A stretch of DNA of 64,000 bases from Guillardia theta CCMP2712 (taxonomy: Eukaryota; Protista; Cryptophyta). A model generated the notes under the pieces. The model was not told where the DNA came from. It saw only the letters and a list, made by a program, of their open reading frames with translations, and did no database searches. Below are positions 1 through 11,320 of the stretch, in pieces; position 1 is the stretch's first letter, and each line of letters starts with the position of its first letter. Position numbers and translations under genes: made by a program. The stretch covers positions 66,212 through 130,211 of the forward strand of contig NW_005434643.1 of assembly GCF_000315625.1 (NCBI RefSeq), given 5' to 3'.

Positions 1-334
1 TCCTACTCCTCCTCCTCCTCCTCCTCCTCCTCCTCCTCCTCCTCCTCCTCCTCCTCCTCCTCCTCCTCCTCCTCCTCCTCCTCCTCCTCCTTTCCTCCTC
101 CTCCTTTCCTCCTCCTCACTCCGTCACTTCCGTTCTCTGCCTCTCTCCTTTCACCCATCTTCACATACTTGGTTTCCTTTCTCCCTCCCTCGCAAATTTG
201 CTGGTCAATGTGGTGCGGATCGATCAGGAGCACTTCCTCTTAACTTGCTACCGGATCAAGACTGATAGTAGAGCTTAAGTGTGCATCACACGGACTCACA
301 CGGATTCTCTCCCTTCCACCACTCACCTCCCGGC

Positions 335-2953
335 ATGGTCCTTACCCCGAAACAGAAGGCAGAGCTGCACGCAGCCATAGCGGACTACTTGAGCACCGCA
401 GGCTATACCAGTGCACTCAAAGCTTTCATCGACGATGCGGGACTGGACAAGGAGTCCGTTGCCAGCATCGATCCAAAGGACGCTGGGCTGCTGGAGAAGA
501 AATGGACCTCAGTCGTCCGCCTGCAAAAGAGGGTCATGGAGCTTGAGGGGCAGGTAGCTTCGTTGCAGTCCGAGCTGAAGAGCGCAGACCCTGGAGGGGC
601 CCGGAGGAAGGTGGAACAGGGGAGACAGATACCACGAGCTCCGCATGTCAAGACCTTGACCGGACACAGGAGCCCGCTTTCACGAGTCATCTTTCACCCC
701 GTCAGTCTCCCCCCCCTCCCCTGCTCTTTATCGCAAGCACCGTGACCGGCATGACAGGTCTTCGCGGACGTCATCACGTGCTCGGAGGATGCGAGCATCA
801 AGTTGTGGGACCTCGACTCGGGGAGGTTGAGCAGCACGTTGAAGGGGCACACGGCAAGCGTGAACGACGTGTCGTTGAACTCCGACGGGACGGTCAGTCT
901 CGATGCACCTTGACCTCGTTCTCCTCGATCGACTTGCTGTCGGAGCAGCGAAACCTGATGATGTTTTACCTAGGTGCTTGCCTCCGGGTCGTCAGACTTG
1001 TCGGTCAAGCTTTGGAAGTTGGGAGACTCGTATGCAACTAGCTCTGAAATCCTCCCATGTGACCGCGCTCATGGCAGGAACGAGTGCCTCAGGACGCTCA
1101 GGGGACATGAACATTCTGTTTCCGGGGTGACATCAACTCTCCTTGATGTCTCTTTCCTCATTCGCTTCCGTCCAGGTCGCCTGGATCAACTCCGACGAGC
1201 TCGTCGTAACGTCTTCCTTCTATCATCTCGCCAATCTCACTTCCAGCAGATCTCTGCTTCGCGGGACACGACGATCAAAGTCTGGGAGGTTGCTCAAAAC
1301 TGCTTCCCTCTACTTCACTGCCACTATCTTCTCCCCCTGCCCTTCCCCTCTCTGCCCCCCTTACAGCTGAACTTGTTGACCTGCAGGCAAAGAGCGGCTA
1401 CTGCGTCAAGACTCTGACTGGGCACAGCGAGTGGGTCCGCCGGGTGAAACCTGTCTTCCTCCTACGAAAAGAAGGCCTTGACATCTTATCGAGATCATTA
1501 CAAGCTCCGTCCGACCGCTCTGCTTCTCCTGCTCGAGTGACAAGACGGTGATTACCGTCAATAGAGACGGAACCGCCGCCCTGCCCTGCCCTGCCCTGCC
1601 CTGCCCTGCCCTGCCCTGCCCTGCCCTGCCCTGCCCTGCCCTGCCCTGCCCTGCCCTGCCCTGCCCTGCCCTGCCCTGCCCTGCCCTGCCCTGCCCTGCC
1701 CTGCCCGGCTATGTTCTACTCTGCCCTTCCCTGCCCTGCGCTTTGAGTCTTCTACTCAACGTGCTCCTCAACTTCCGTACAGGTCAAAGTTTGGGACGTC
1801 AACCAAGGATCTCCGAGCATCAGGGAGCTCCGAGGACACGAGCATGTCATCGAGTGCCTCGCCCTGTCCAACGAGAAGGTTCCTGCCCCCCCTCTCGCCT
1901 CAAGCTCAGCAGCTCCTTCCTCGTTCCCCGTCCTCGTCTTCGGCTAACTCAGCCCTATCCTCCTCGCAGGCCAGTCTCATCCTGATGCGACATATGACCA
2001 AGACTGGCTCTGAGGAATGGGCTGCCTCTACCGAGGGGGCGGCAGGTCAGGGAGAGAACAGCGTCGCCGAGGGCCGAGGAGGAGGCGCACGTAGTCTGTT
2101 AGGAGCGTTCATCGCTTCTGGGAGCAGGTGAATCGTGCGAGATGCAGGGGGAGGATTGTTGAGGGAGAGAGCAGGGACAAGTCGATTCGAATATGGCACG
2201 TGGAAAGCGGGAAATGCATCCTCGTCCTCCAAGTCAGTACTCCTCCTCCTCCTCTTCTTCATCCTCCTCCTTTCTCCTCCTCCTCCACCACCCCCACTAC
2301 CACTGTGTGACGGACAAGGTTTCTCATTGATTCTCTTCAGGGTCACGACAACTGGGTCAGAGACGTATGCTTCCATCCCAACGGTTTTTCTCCCCCTTGA
2401 CATTATTGCTCCTCTCCTCACACAATGTACCCCCCAGGACTCTTCCTCCTATCCGTCTCAGACGATCGGTCAGCCTCCCTTGCGCTGCTCCCTCCCCTTG
2501 CCCCTCATCCTCGTCCTCCAGGAGCTTGAGAGTCTGGGACCTCGAACAGGCTCGATGCCTGAAGACCCTCGCGGACGCGCACGACCACTTCGTCTCCTGC
2601 CTCGCTATCGATCCGCAGGGATCCTTGCTCGCTACTGGTGAGGATGAAGTGGGGGTGGGCGGGGGTCAGGGGGAGGAGACGAGAGGGGGCAGATGGGAAA
2701 TGGTGGGGGTTGGGGGGAGAGGATGGAGGGAGAAGCGGAGCAGGATTTCAGGAGGGTTGTTGGAATGGTGGGGTGAATGAGGAAGGGTGAGTGTATAGGA
2801 GAGTTGGGGAGGGATGGTGGGGGAAGACAAGAGGAGAGGGAGGGAGAGAGGAGGGGCTGAGGAACGGGATGAGGGGGGGAGGAGGAAGAGAGTGCTGAGC
2901 GCGTTGAGACAGGAAGCGTTGACTCAGCCGTTCGTGTATGGGAGTGCGTCTAG
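335..2953 (+). CDS. LIS1: Lissencephaly-1 homolog (LisH + coiled coil + WD40 repeats), dynein regulator; multi-exon
   Basis: N-terminus MVLTPKQKAELHAAIADYL (LisH) and LLEKKWTSVVRLQKRVMELE. Spliced WD40 exons include LTGHRSPLSRVIFHP, SEDASIKLWD, LRGHEHSVS, GHDNWVR and AHDHFVSCL. The last exon reads GSVDSAVRVWECV* (TAG 2951-2953). Confidence 0.95.
1578..1705. repeat. (CCCTG)n microsatellite in a LIS1 intron
   Basis: Directly visible; it produces the spurious ALPCP ORF translation. Confidence 0.95.
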
Positions 2954-3267
2954 TGAAGCAGAACGAGGATGCGTGAGGATGCGAGTAGGACCAGCAACTT
3001 TCAACATTCTTTGCCTGCCATGTTCAAGGTGATCGAGGCTCCTGATAGCTCAGAAGATGATTGTTGACTCAATGTATGCGGCTCTTCCTACTTGTTGCTT
3101 GACCGAGCTCCTTTGACCTTGAGCCTGGCTAAAGTTCCGTTTTGAACCTGGCATGACCTTCAGATCTCCCTTCCTCCTTTCATCCTACTTGTGTTCTTCT
3201 CTCGCGTTGTCTTTTCAACTTCTCTTTCTTATTCTCTTTCCTCTCTCCTCTCCCTCTCTCCTCTCTC

Positions 3268-3319
<52 letters not shown>

Positions 3320-3610
3320 NNNNNNNNNNNNNNNNNNNNNNNNNNNNNNNNNNNNNNNNNNNNNNNNNNNNNNNNNNNNNNNNNNNNNNNNNNNNNNNNN
3401 NNNNNNNNNNNNNNNNNNNGGCAGGGGCAGGGGCAGGAGCAGGGGCAGGGGCAGGGGCAGGGGCAGGGGCAGGAGCAGGAGCAGGAGCAGGAGGAGTAAA
3501 GTAGAGGGAGAGGGAGAGGGAGAGGGAGAGGGAGAGGGAGAGAAGGGAGCGAGGTACTGGAGGAGAGAGAGTGAGTAGAAGGGGGGTGGAAGGAGACAAC
3601 TCTGATTTGC

Positions 3611-4339
3611 ATGATGAACGGAGTTGTTGCAGCAGCAGCCGAGTCACAAGTGCAGGAAGCGTGTCTGTTTGCTGCATGCGCCTGACGAGATTGTTTTCAG
3701 TCTGACAAGTCGGCGATGTCGAGCTCGAGCGAGGTAAAGGATGGCTTCATGCTCAACAGCTACAACAGGGCCAAGGCCATGGCCAACAGGGCCAAGAGCA
3801 GACGCTGGTCCCCCTTAGGGTTCGCGCTGAGGACCAGCGAGATCGTCATGCTCAGATCCGCTCGTCTGGTGGGGTTCAAGGACGCAAGTCAGATTGACGC
3901 CTGGGTGACCAGGAGGCTGAGCGCGCTGGAGGAGCTGACGTACCCCCTCCTGAAGTCCCTCAAGGCACTGGTGGGTCGCATGCATCCTGTGAAGCGACTA
4001 TCTCTGTTCCTGCATGGCCTCGTGCTCGGGAGATCGAACAAGGCAAACGCTGACGGCTCGCCCCGCACCCACGAGGACAAGGACGGGAAGGAAGAGGCGA
4101 CCGATCTGTCCACCGCCACTATGCAGGATGAGGGTGTGCGAGGGGGGGAGGCGGAGGAACAAGCTGTATACAAGGAGGCTGATGAGATCAGGGCACAGAG
4201 CAAGAGCCTGAACAGCTCGCTGGACATGAAGGAGCTGGGAGACGACCTCGTGAGAAGAGGAGAGGAGCTGGTCAAGAACGGCTCTGAGCTGCTGCAGAAC
4301 TTCCTGCAGACTATTCAGAACAGCCCAGCTCGGAGATAG
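3611..4339 (+). CDS. Hypothetical helical protein, possibly perilipin-like
   Basis: 207-aa ORF 3716-4339 plus a probable short first exon MMNGVVAAAAESQ (3611-3649; GT donor, ttttcag acceptor at 3700). Confidence 0.6.
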
Positions 4340-5034
4340 AGCCTTGCGCGTTAACAGGATACAACCTGATGCATTGAGGGGGAGGGAGGGAGGAGAGAAA
4401 ACGGGATGGGGTAGGTGAGAACAAGAGGAAGGCAGGGGAGGGAGGAGAGGACAGCAAGAGTAAGAGAGGGGAGGAGAGGAGAGGAATAACATCAGTTGAG
4501 GAGATGAGGACAGAGATGGGCGGAAGAAGTTAGTAAAAACATACTTGAGCACGCTTTATGGTCTTCTTTCACTTGAGAACATAGTCGCTTTCGCATTAAA
4601 GCACAAACAATACAACCTTGACATGGCAAAACGATAGGACAGCCGAACTCCCCGACAAGGCGAGGAGGCGCCTCAGATAACCAATCTCGTCGCGCCACCT
4701 CTGCCCTCTCCCTCACCCTCCCACCCGCAAGTTGTCGCTGGAGCTCGCATCGTCGAAGTCCTGCCATGGCTTGTCAGCAGCTCCAAGTGGGAGAGGACAG
4801 GGAGGGGAGAAGTCGAGTTGGATCATCATACGAGGAAGACAAGAGGGTAGGGGAAAAAGGAGCAGGAGCAGGAGGAGGAGGAGGAGGAGGAGGGAGGAGG
4901 GAGGGAGGAGGAGGAGGAGGAGGAGGAGGGGGGANNNNNNNNNNNNNNNNNNNNNNNNNNNNNNNNNNNNNNNNNNNNNNNNNNNNNNNNNNNNNNNNNN
5001 NNNNNNNNNNNNNNNNNNNNNNNNNNNNNNNNNN

Positions 5035-5153
5035 AGATGAGTGGAGTTCGCTGAAAGATAGGAGGAAGAAGGAGGAAGAAGGAGGAGACAGAGGGACAGA
5101 GGAACAGGGGAGGACAGAAGCAGGGCGGAAGATTGAGACAGCAGTGACGCAGA

Positions 5154-5190
<37 letters not shown>

Positions 5191-8100
5191 GATTTAAGAG
5201 AAGAAAGATCAGAAGAAGGTCAAGGGTCGGACTTACTTTCTTCTCCAGCAACCTCACTCTCCTCGTAGCCTCCAGGCCGTCCATGTTGGGCATCTGAATG
5301 TCCATGAGGATGAGGTTGTAGGGATCGTCCTTATTGTCCTCAACGAGCTTCAGCGCTTCGACGCCATCGCTGGCAATGTCTGCAATGACAGCATCCTTGC
5401 CTGAGGGAGAGAGTCAGTCGAGAACGAGAGGGAGAGGGGAGATGGAGGGGAGAAGAGAGGGAGAGAGGATGTAGGGAGAGGACAAAACACATGGAAGAGG
5501 AAGGGGAGATGGGACGAGCGTAGAGCAAAGGATGGGATAAGGAAGTGGAGGAGAGAAAGGGAGGAGAGGAGAGCTAGGGAGCTAGGAGGAGGAGGAGGGT
5601 GTAAGCAAGTCTTACCGAGCACTTTGTTGAGGAGAGCTACGGCCACTTTCTGGTTGGCGAAATGATCGTCGACGACGAGGACGCGCAGCTTCTTCTCCTG
5701 CTGCTAGAAGACCAGGTAAGATGCGAGCAAGTCGAAGTCGCAGCTGAGAGAGAGGGAGAAAACAAGAGAGGAAGAAAACAAGAGAGGAATGGAACGAGGA
5801 GGAGGATGACAGCAAATGACTGAGCTCGCCATCACCCGTTCCTCGTCGGGATGACTCACGTCATCCAACTCAGAGATCTTCTCGGAGTCTCCCGACGCGA
5901 CGCTGCTGCTCCTTTCCGTCTTTGCCGCCTGCTGGTCTCAGTAAGGGCGAGGCTGACGAGCTCTAGGTAGCTGAGGTACCGTAATCAGCAGCATCGAGTG
6001 GATCTTGGAGTGCAGCAAGCTGTGCTTGATAGGCCGGGGAACCAGCCGAGTCGCCATGTCGTCTTGCGACTCTATCAGCTCGAACTGAGAGTCGATGTAG
6101 CCGAAGATGAGGAGCCGAGAAGGAAGCTGCATCTGCTTCTTCAGCAGCTCCTTGTACACCTCGATCTGCACGAGGAAGACAGGGGGAGAGTCGCTGCCCA
6201 GCGTTCTCTTGATCTTGGACACGAGCCGGATCATGGACATGTTGGAGGGTTCAGGCCCGTCGTAAGCGAAACTTTCAGGCTTCATCTTGTGGTTGCGGCA
6301 AAAGAGCTCGACCGATCGGAAGGAGGGACCGCGAGCCATGCAGAGGACGAGCTGAAGATCATGGGGAAGGGGCTTGTCGTCGTGGCGATGGAGTTTGTCC
6401 TCGGACGAGTGCGACTTCTCCTCCTCCGCGGGAAGCTCATCGGCCACCTCCTCTTGCTTGTAAATGGCGAACGGTACGACCATCCTGTTGCATGTCAGTG
6501 CCACTCCGAGAGCAGAAGAAATAGGAGCAGGAGTAAGAGAAGAAGGAGCAGGAGCAGGAGGAGCAGGGACAAAGGGAGGAGGAGCAGGAGAGGCAAGGTG
6601 GGACCTGAAGGTTGAGCCCTTCTCAAGGCCGTCGCTGCAGCATGTGATGGTTCCTCCCATGCTGGTGACGATCTTGTGTGTGATGGCGAGGCCGAGGCCT
6701 GTGCCTCCATGCTCGCGGGAGTAATGGGACGAGATCTGTACTGCAATCAGCCACCTGCGACACGAGGAGAAGGAGGAGAGAGAAGGGAGGGAGGGGGGGG
6801 GGGGAAGGGAAGTGACAACCTGCGAGAAGGGTTTGAAGAGAAGGTCCAAGCTCTCGCGGGCGATTCCGACTCCGTTGTCCTGCACCTCCACCTGCTCGAC
6901 TTTGAGACAGACACGAATCCTACCATGGGGAGATGTGCAAACACGAAGAACATATGCTAACAACCTGAAACAGCCGCAACATGCTCAAGTGACAACAGAA
7001 AGGCAAACGGCACAAGCTAAACAAGCACAGACAACAACGCTGATGGTCAACCTGGACAACGGCCCAGTCGCTCGAGGATCGCTGGAGGGAGACGCGCATG
7101 TGAGCCTCGCCCCCCGTCTTCCGTGCGAACTTTACAGCTGCAGGAAGCTTTACCCCGAGCCTGACACTCAGCTGCCCACTCACCGTTGTCGCAGAGGTTG
7201 ACAAGGCACTGACACAGCTGGAACGAGTCGCCCACCAACATCAGCTTCTTCCCCTCCTCGTGTCCATGGTGGCCGGAAACCTTGACGGCAAAGTCCACCT
7301 CCCGAGCCGCCACCCTCGAGCTCATCATGTCACAAACGTTGTCGCAAACTTGCTCCAGGAAGAAGGGCTGCAGAGCTTTCGGTGTCTCCTCCTCCCCGGA
7401 GGTCTTGAAGAGTTTGGATTCCGAGTCCAGCTTGGCAAAGTCCAGGACCTGGGAACCATGACGTGAATACAATCATACGACACAATGAGCTCGATGATGT
7501 ACAAACCTGGTTTATGACACTGAGAAGAGATTCGGCGGAAGTCAGGGAAGAGGTCACGTACTCTGTCTGTGTGGTGCTGCGAGCGCGGGAGCCAGGTCAG
7601 GTCTAGTCCATCTCGAGGGGGATCATCAGAAACACCTCAAGTCGTCGGACTCGAGGAGCAGGGAGTTGAAGGCGATGATAGAGTTCAAGGGTGTGCGCAG
7701 CTCATGGCTGATGTTGGCGAGGAAGCGCGAGGAGAGACGAGCAGAGGTCTCGGCCTCTATCACCGCCATCTACCATCGCTCGTCAGCGTCACTCCACCAT
7801 GCGCATCTACAGAGATCACCTGCATGGCATGATCCATCATCTCGGAGCGCACAACCTTGCTGTTTCTTGCGTCCTTCTCCGCTTGCAGCTGCTCCAGCCG
7901 AAGTTCTGCCACGGTGTCGAGGAGGAAGAAGTTTCCAGTGATGAGCGTAACGGAGTAAATCGCCTTCGTCGCCAGGTCCACAAAGGACTGGGCGATATCA
8001 TACTGAGTGAAAGTGATGGTCCCTGTGTGGAAGCATCTTGTGAGTGATTTCTCGCGGAATGAACTGAGTCATCAATACCTGAGAAGTATAACACGTGCAC

Positions 8101-9273
8101 CAATGGGAACAGCGACCACAAGACGATCGTGAAGATTTCGAGCACCCGCAGAGAGACTACTTCGTAGACTGTCGCAACCTTCGATATGCTGCAAGACCAC
8201 AGTGAGAGGAGGAGGCATTCACGAAAATTGTTTTTGTCCACACCTGATCAATATCGCACCGTGAAGTTTTTGCATCACTTGGTAGAAGCAGAAGCATGCA
8301 GTCAAAAGGAACATCCAGCCCAACAAGGAAAACCCCAGGTAAGCATGAAGCAAGCCTGCCGGCACACGGATCAGTCCGCCCGTTAGGCAAAATTTGCAGA
8401 GCAACCTGCGAAAATCATCGCCTCATCCCACAAGACGCATTTGACAAGTTCCTTGACGTCATGAATGAGATATTTTTGTAGAGTATTCCCCAATGCAGAC
8501 AAGACAAATATCATGCAAGGAGTTGTGTTCATCCACTGAAAGAATCTTTCTACGGATACCCTCTTCCCGTCGAGAGAGTAGATGGCCGGTATCCAACCAA
8601 AACAAGCAGATAGGTAAACGACAAAAGAAACCGTGTTGATGAAAAAGACTAAACTGTTCAATGCCCGCTTCTTCTTGGAGATCTGAAAGCATATACCTCC
8701 AATGTCCATCAACATGCATATCACAAACAGGAACGAAATCTGCATCTTGACGAACTTGGTCTTCTCCATAATAACAGCATCATCAGAATCTCCGGGGACC
8801 GATCCTGTCATTCGACTCGAGATCCAGTGCACGAGGAAGATCAAGAGAGAATAGAACACTATCCAAACAGAGAACAGCACCATGCCAGGAAAGTTCGACC
8901 ACAAGGAAGGGAGACTCCATGACCCCCTCTCTTCTGGTGATATCTCATCATCTTCGTCTTCATCAGGTTTATCTTCTCGGTTCATCTCTAAAATGCTATT
9001 CGAGGACCTCCATGATTTTATCCATTTCTTGGATTCAGCTTTGGTCGGTTTAGCTTTCATTCCATTGTCACTCTTTCTCCTTTTTCGTAGAGGCCAGAAT
9101 GTGCCTGATTCTAGTGGATTATGTGAAGCAGAGTGACCAAAACCATGATCATTTTCAACCTTTTCTTCCACGCATACATGCGATTTGGTTGAAGAAAGAT
9201 CTGTTTCTGATATGCTCGCTATTGTGAGATGATCAAAGCCAGACTGATCTGAATTCTTTTCGCCGAATGGCAT
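5035..9273 (-). CDS. Histidine kinase rhodopsin (rhodopsin - HisKA - HATPase - pseudo-receiver - receiver); 3' end runs into an assembly gap
   Basis: Helix [12 protein letters not shown]; helix G DLATKAIY (Schiff-base Lys codon 7964-7966); H-box [17 protein letters not shown]. ATPase boxes [23 protein letters not shown] and [10 protein letters not shown]. Receiver [21 protein letters not shown], then RTPLI just before the gap at 4935-5034. Confidence 0.92.
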
Positions 9274-9629
9274 AACACGGCAAGCCGCCACCTCCAATCC
9301 AAACTTGGTTTAAGCAGCTTCTAATCTGATAGTGAATACAAGTGTTAATCCAAAATCAAACGATACAAAACAGACAAACAAAACAACAAAAACAAAAGTC
9401 GCCTTGGACCTTCTATTCCGTATGCACCCAGACGATGTTTCCATACACACAATTCAAAAAACTTCCTTTGGAATCGTTCCCTCCATCACAACCTAATCGA
9501 GCTTCTTCCTTCCTTCTTCCTTCCCCTTCATTCCGTCCCTCGCTGCCCCGCCCTCGCCATGGCTGCAGGGGCATCTCTAAAACATTGTAGGTGGTGGCCA
9601 TAGAAACCTCCAGACCCTAAAAAAGCTTC

Positions 9630-9710
9630 CACGTGATATCACGTGATCTGCAATTAATGTCACGTGGTCTCATTTGTTGGTACAAATAGAGTCAGCTGAT
9701 CTGTCAGGTG
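9630..9710. promoter_or_regulatory. G-box/E-box cluster upstream of the rhodopsin-kinase gene
   Basis: CACGTG at 9630, 9640 and 9661 (the first two form the 16-bp palindrome CACGTGATATCACGTG); CAGCTG at 9693 and CAGGTG at 9705. Confidence 0.5.
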
Positions 9711-10101
9711 ACATCACACCGTTAAATGAAAGAGTCATATCTACTTGAGTAAAACTTTCCCGTACCTTCCACCTCTACCACCCACCGTGATCAATGAAAC
9801 GATGCCTTCAAAAGTACCCCACCCAATGATAGTTTTGACTGATTTTTTCTTGGGAAAGGATAGGGTTATTTCACTACCCCACCCTCCACCTACCTTTCGT
9901 CCGAGCGCAATTGTATTTGTGTAACAAAACCCGCCAGATTTGGTTGTGACTCGTGAAATTTCACCTCCAGTTTCATCTCCGCCTCCCTTAAAATTCCAAA
10001 TGTTCCCCACAAAGCAAATGCATATCTCCAGATTCTCCCTTCCGAGATAGGCGACTCTCACCTTTCCGCAATAAATTGAATATGTTTTTTAAAGTCCAGT
10101 C

Positions 10102-10137
10102 TTTTACTCAAAGTTAAGTTAAAAATTAGTACCAAGT
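10102..10137 (-). repeat. Unoccupied copy of the retrotransposon target motif
   Basis: Reverse complement ACTTGGTACTAATTTTTAACTTAACTTTGAGTAAAA matches 19172-19201 at 29/30 positions. Confidence 0.85.
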
Positions 10138-10237
10138 CCAGGACCTTTTTTGAACTTTGATCAGTGACCCGGGACCGTCGGGCCTGGCACTACAGGCCCG
10201 GTAACTTCAAAGGTCTGAAAACGGGGAGTTTTGATTC

Positions 10238-10345
10238 GAAAATGATTATAGTTTCAAAAAGTTGATCTGAAAATGATTACTGCAAACTTTCGTTAAATGA
10301 AAAATGATTACTCCAAAAATTTGTTGGTTGGAAATTGATGATTGC
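10238..10345. repeat. Four degenerate repeats with 31-bp period, core AAAATGATTA
   Basis: Cores start at 10239, 10270, 10301 and 10332 (the last is AAATTGATGA). Confidence 0.8.
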
Positions 10346-11320
10346 CCGTCTCAAAATCCACCCGGAGTCCGGGCCGTGCCGGGTGGCTCACTCGGAGTCA
10401 ACTCGGAGTCCGGTCTTGAATAATTGCTTAATAGCTTTGAGTAAAATAATTCTATTGTAAAAGGCTTGGCGGCCATTCTGTAATCCGTACTACCCCACCC
10501 CTGTTTTTGCCCACCCCCTACATTCCTCACTGCCCAAGGTGTACCCCCCCCGGGCCAGTTCACCAACCACAAATCAGAGCAGTACCCGGTACTATTAGGC
10601 GGGTAGACCACCACCCCACCCCACCTGTGTGCCTTCAACCTTCGAGATTCCTCTTCTCGCTCTTACGGCCTTGCAGTGAGTCCTCAAAACACAACCACGG
10701 GGGTGGTACCAAATTTTTTCATCTTTAATAATGAAAACATTTTGGTTACATTTCAATTTCAAATTTAATTGGATAATTTGAACCTTTCCGATGAAAATGA
10801 CCCTCCGTCGGGAAGCGGAGTTCCGACGTCCATTTCGTGGTACCCCATCAAAGCACTGATGGCGGCAAGCCTTGCCCCTGAGCGGCGAAAAATGCTCCGC
10901 GGCTCCTGACATTGATATTTTTTACTCTCCGAAGTTTTCTTTCCATGCCTGCTGACCTCTCTGTCCGCGCCTACCCATCATCATGCCGCATCCCGAGCCT
11001 CAGTCTGCCGCTATCATGGAATGCTTCACCTGCACCCGCTTCTTCCCATCCCATTCACAAAGTTCCACATTTTCGTCTTGTGATATTACTAAGTTATGAC
11101 CTTCACCCCTTCCCTCTCCTAACATTGTTTCACTGATCCTCTTTTCACCTGTCTTGGAGCAAAGTTCTCTGAAACTGCCCTTGTATTTTGTCTTGCTGCC
11201 TGCTGTAGCTTGAATTCTCAATATTTCCCATAGAGCTGAAACTTAGTAAGAATGTGATGTGATTTTTCACCAATTCGCAGCAAGTTGACTTTAGATGATT
11301 CAGTATCTAACTTGCCACAA

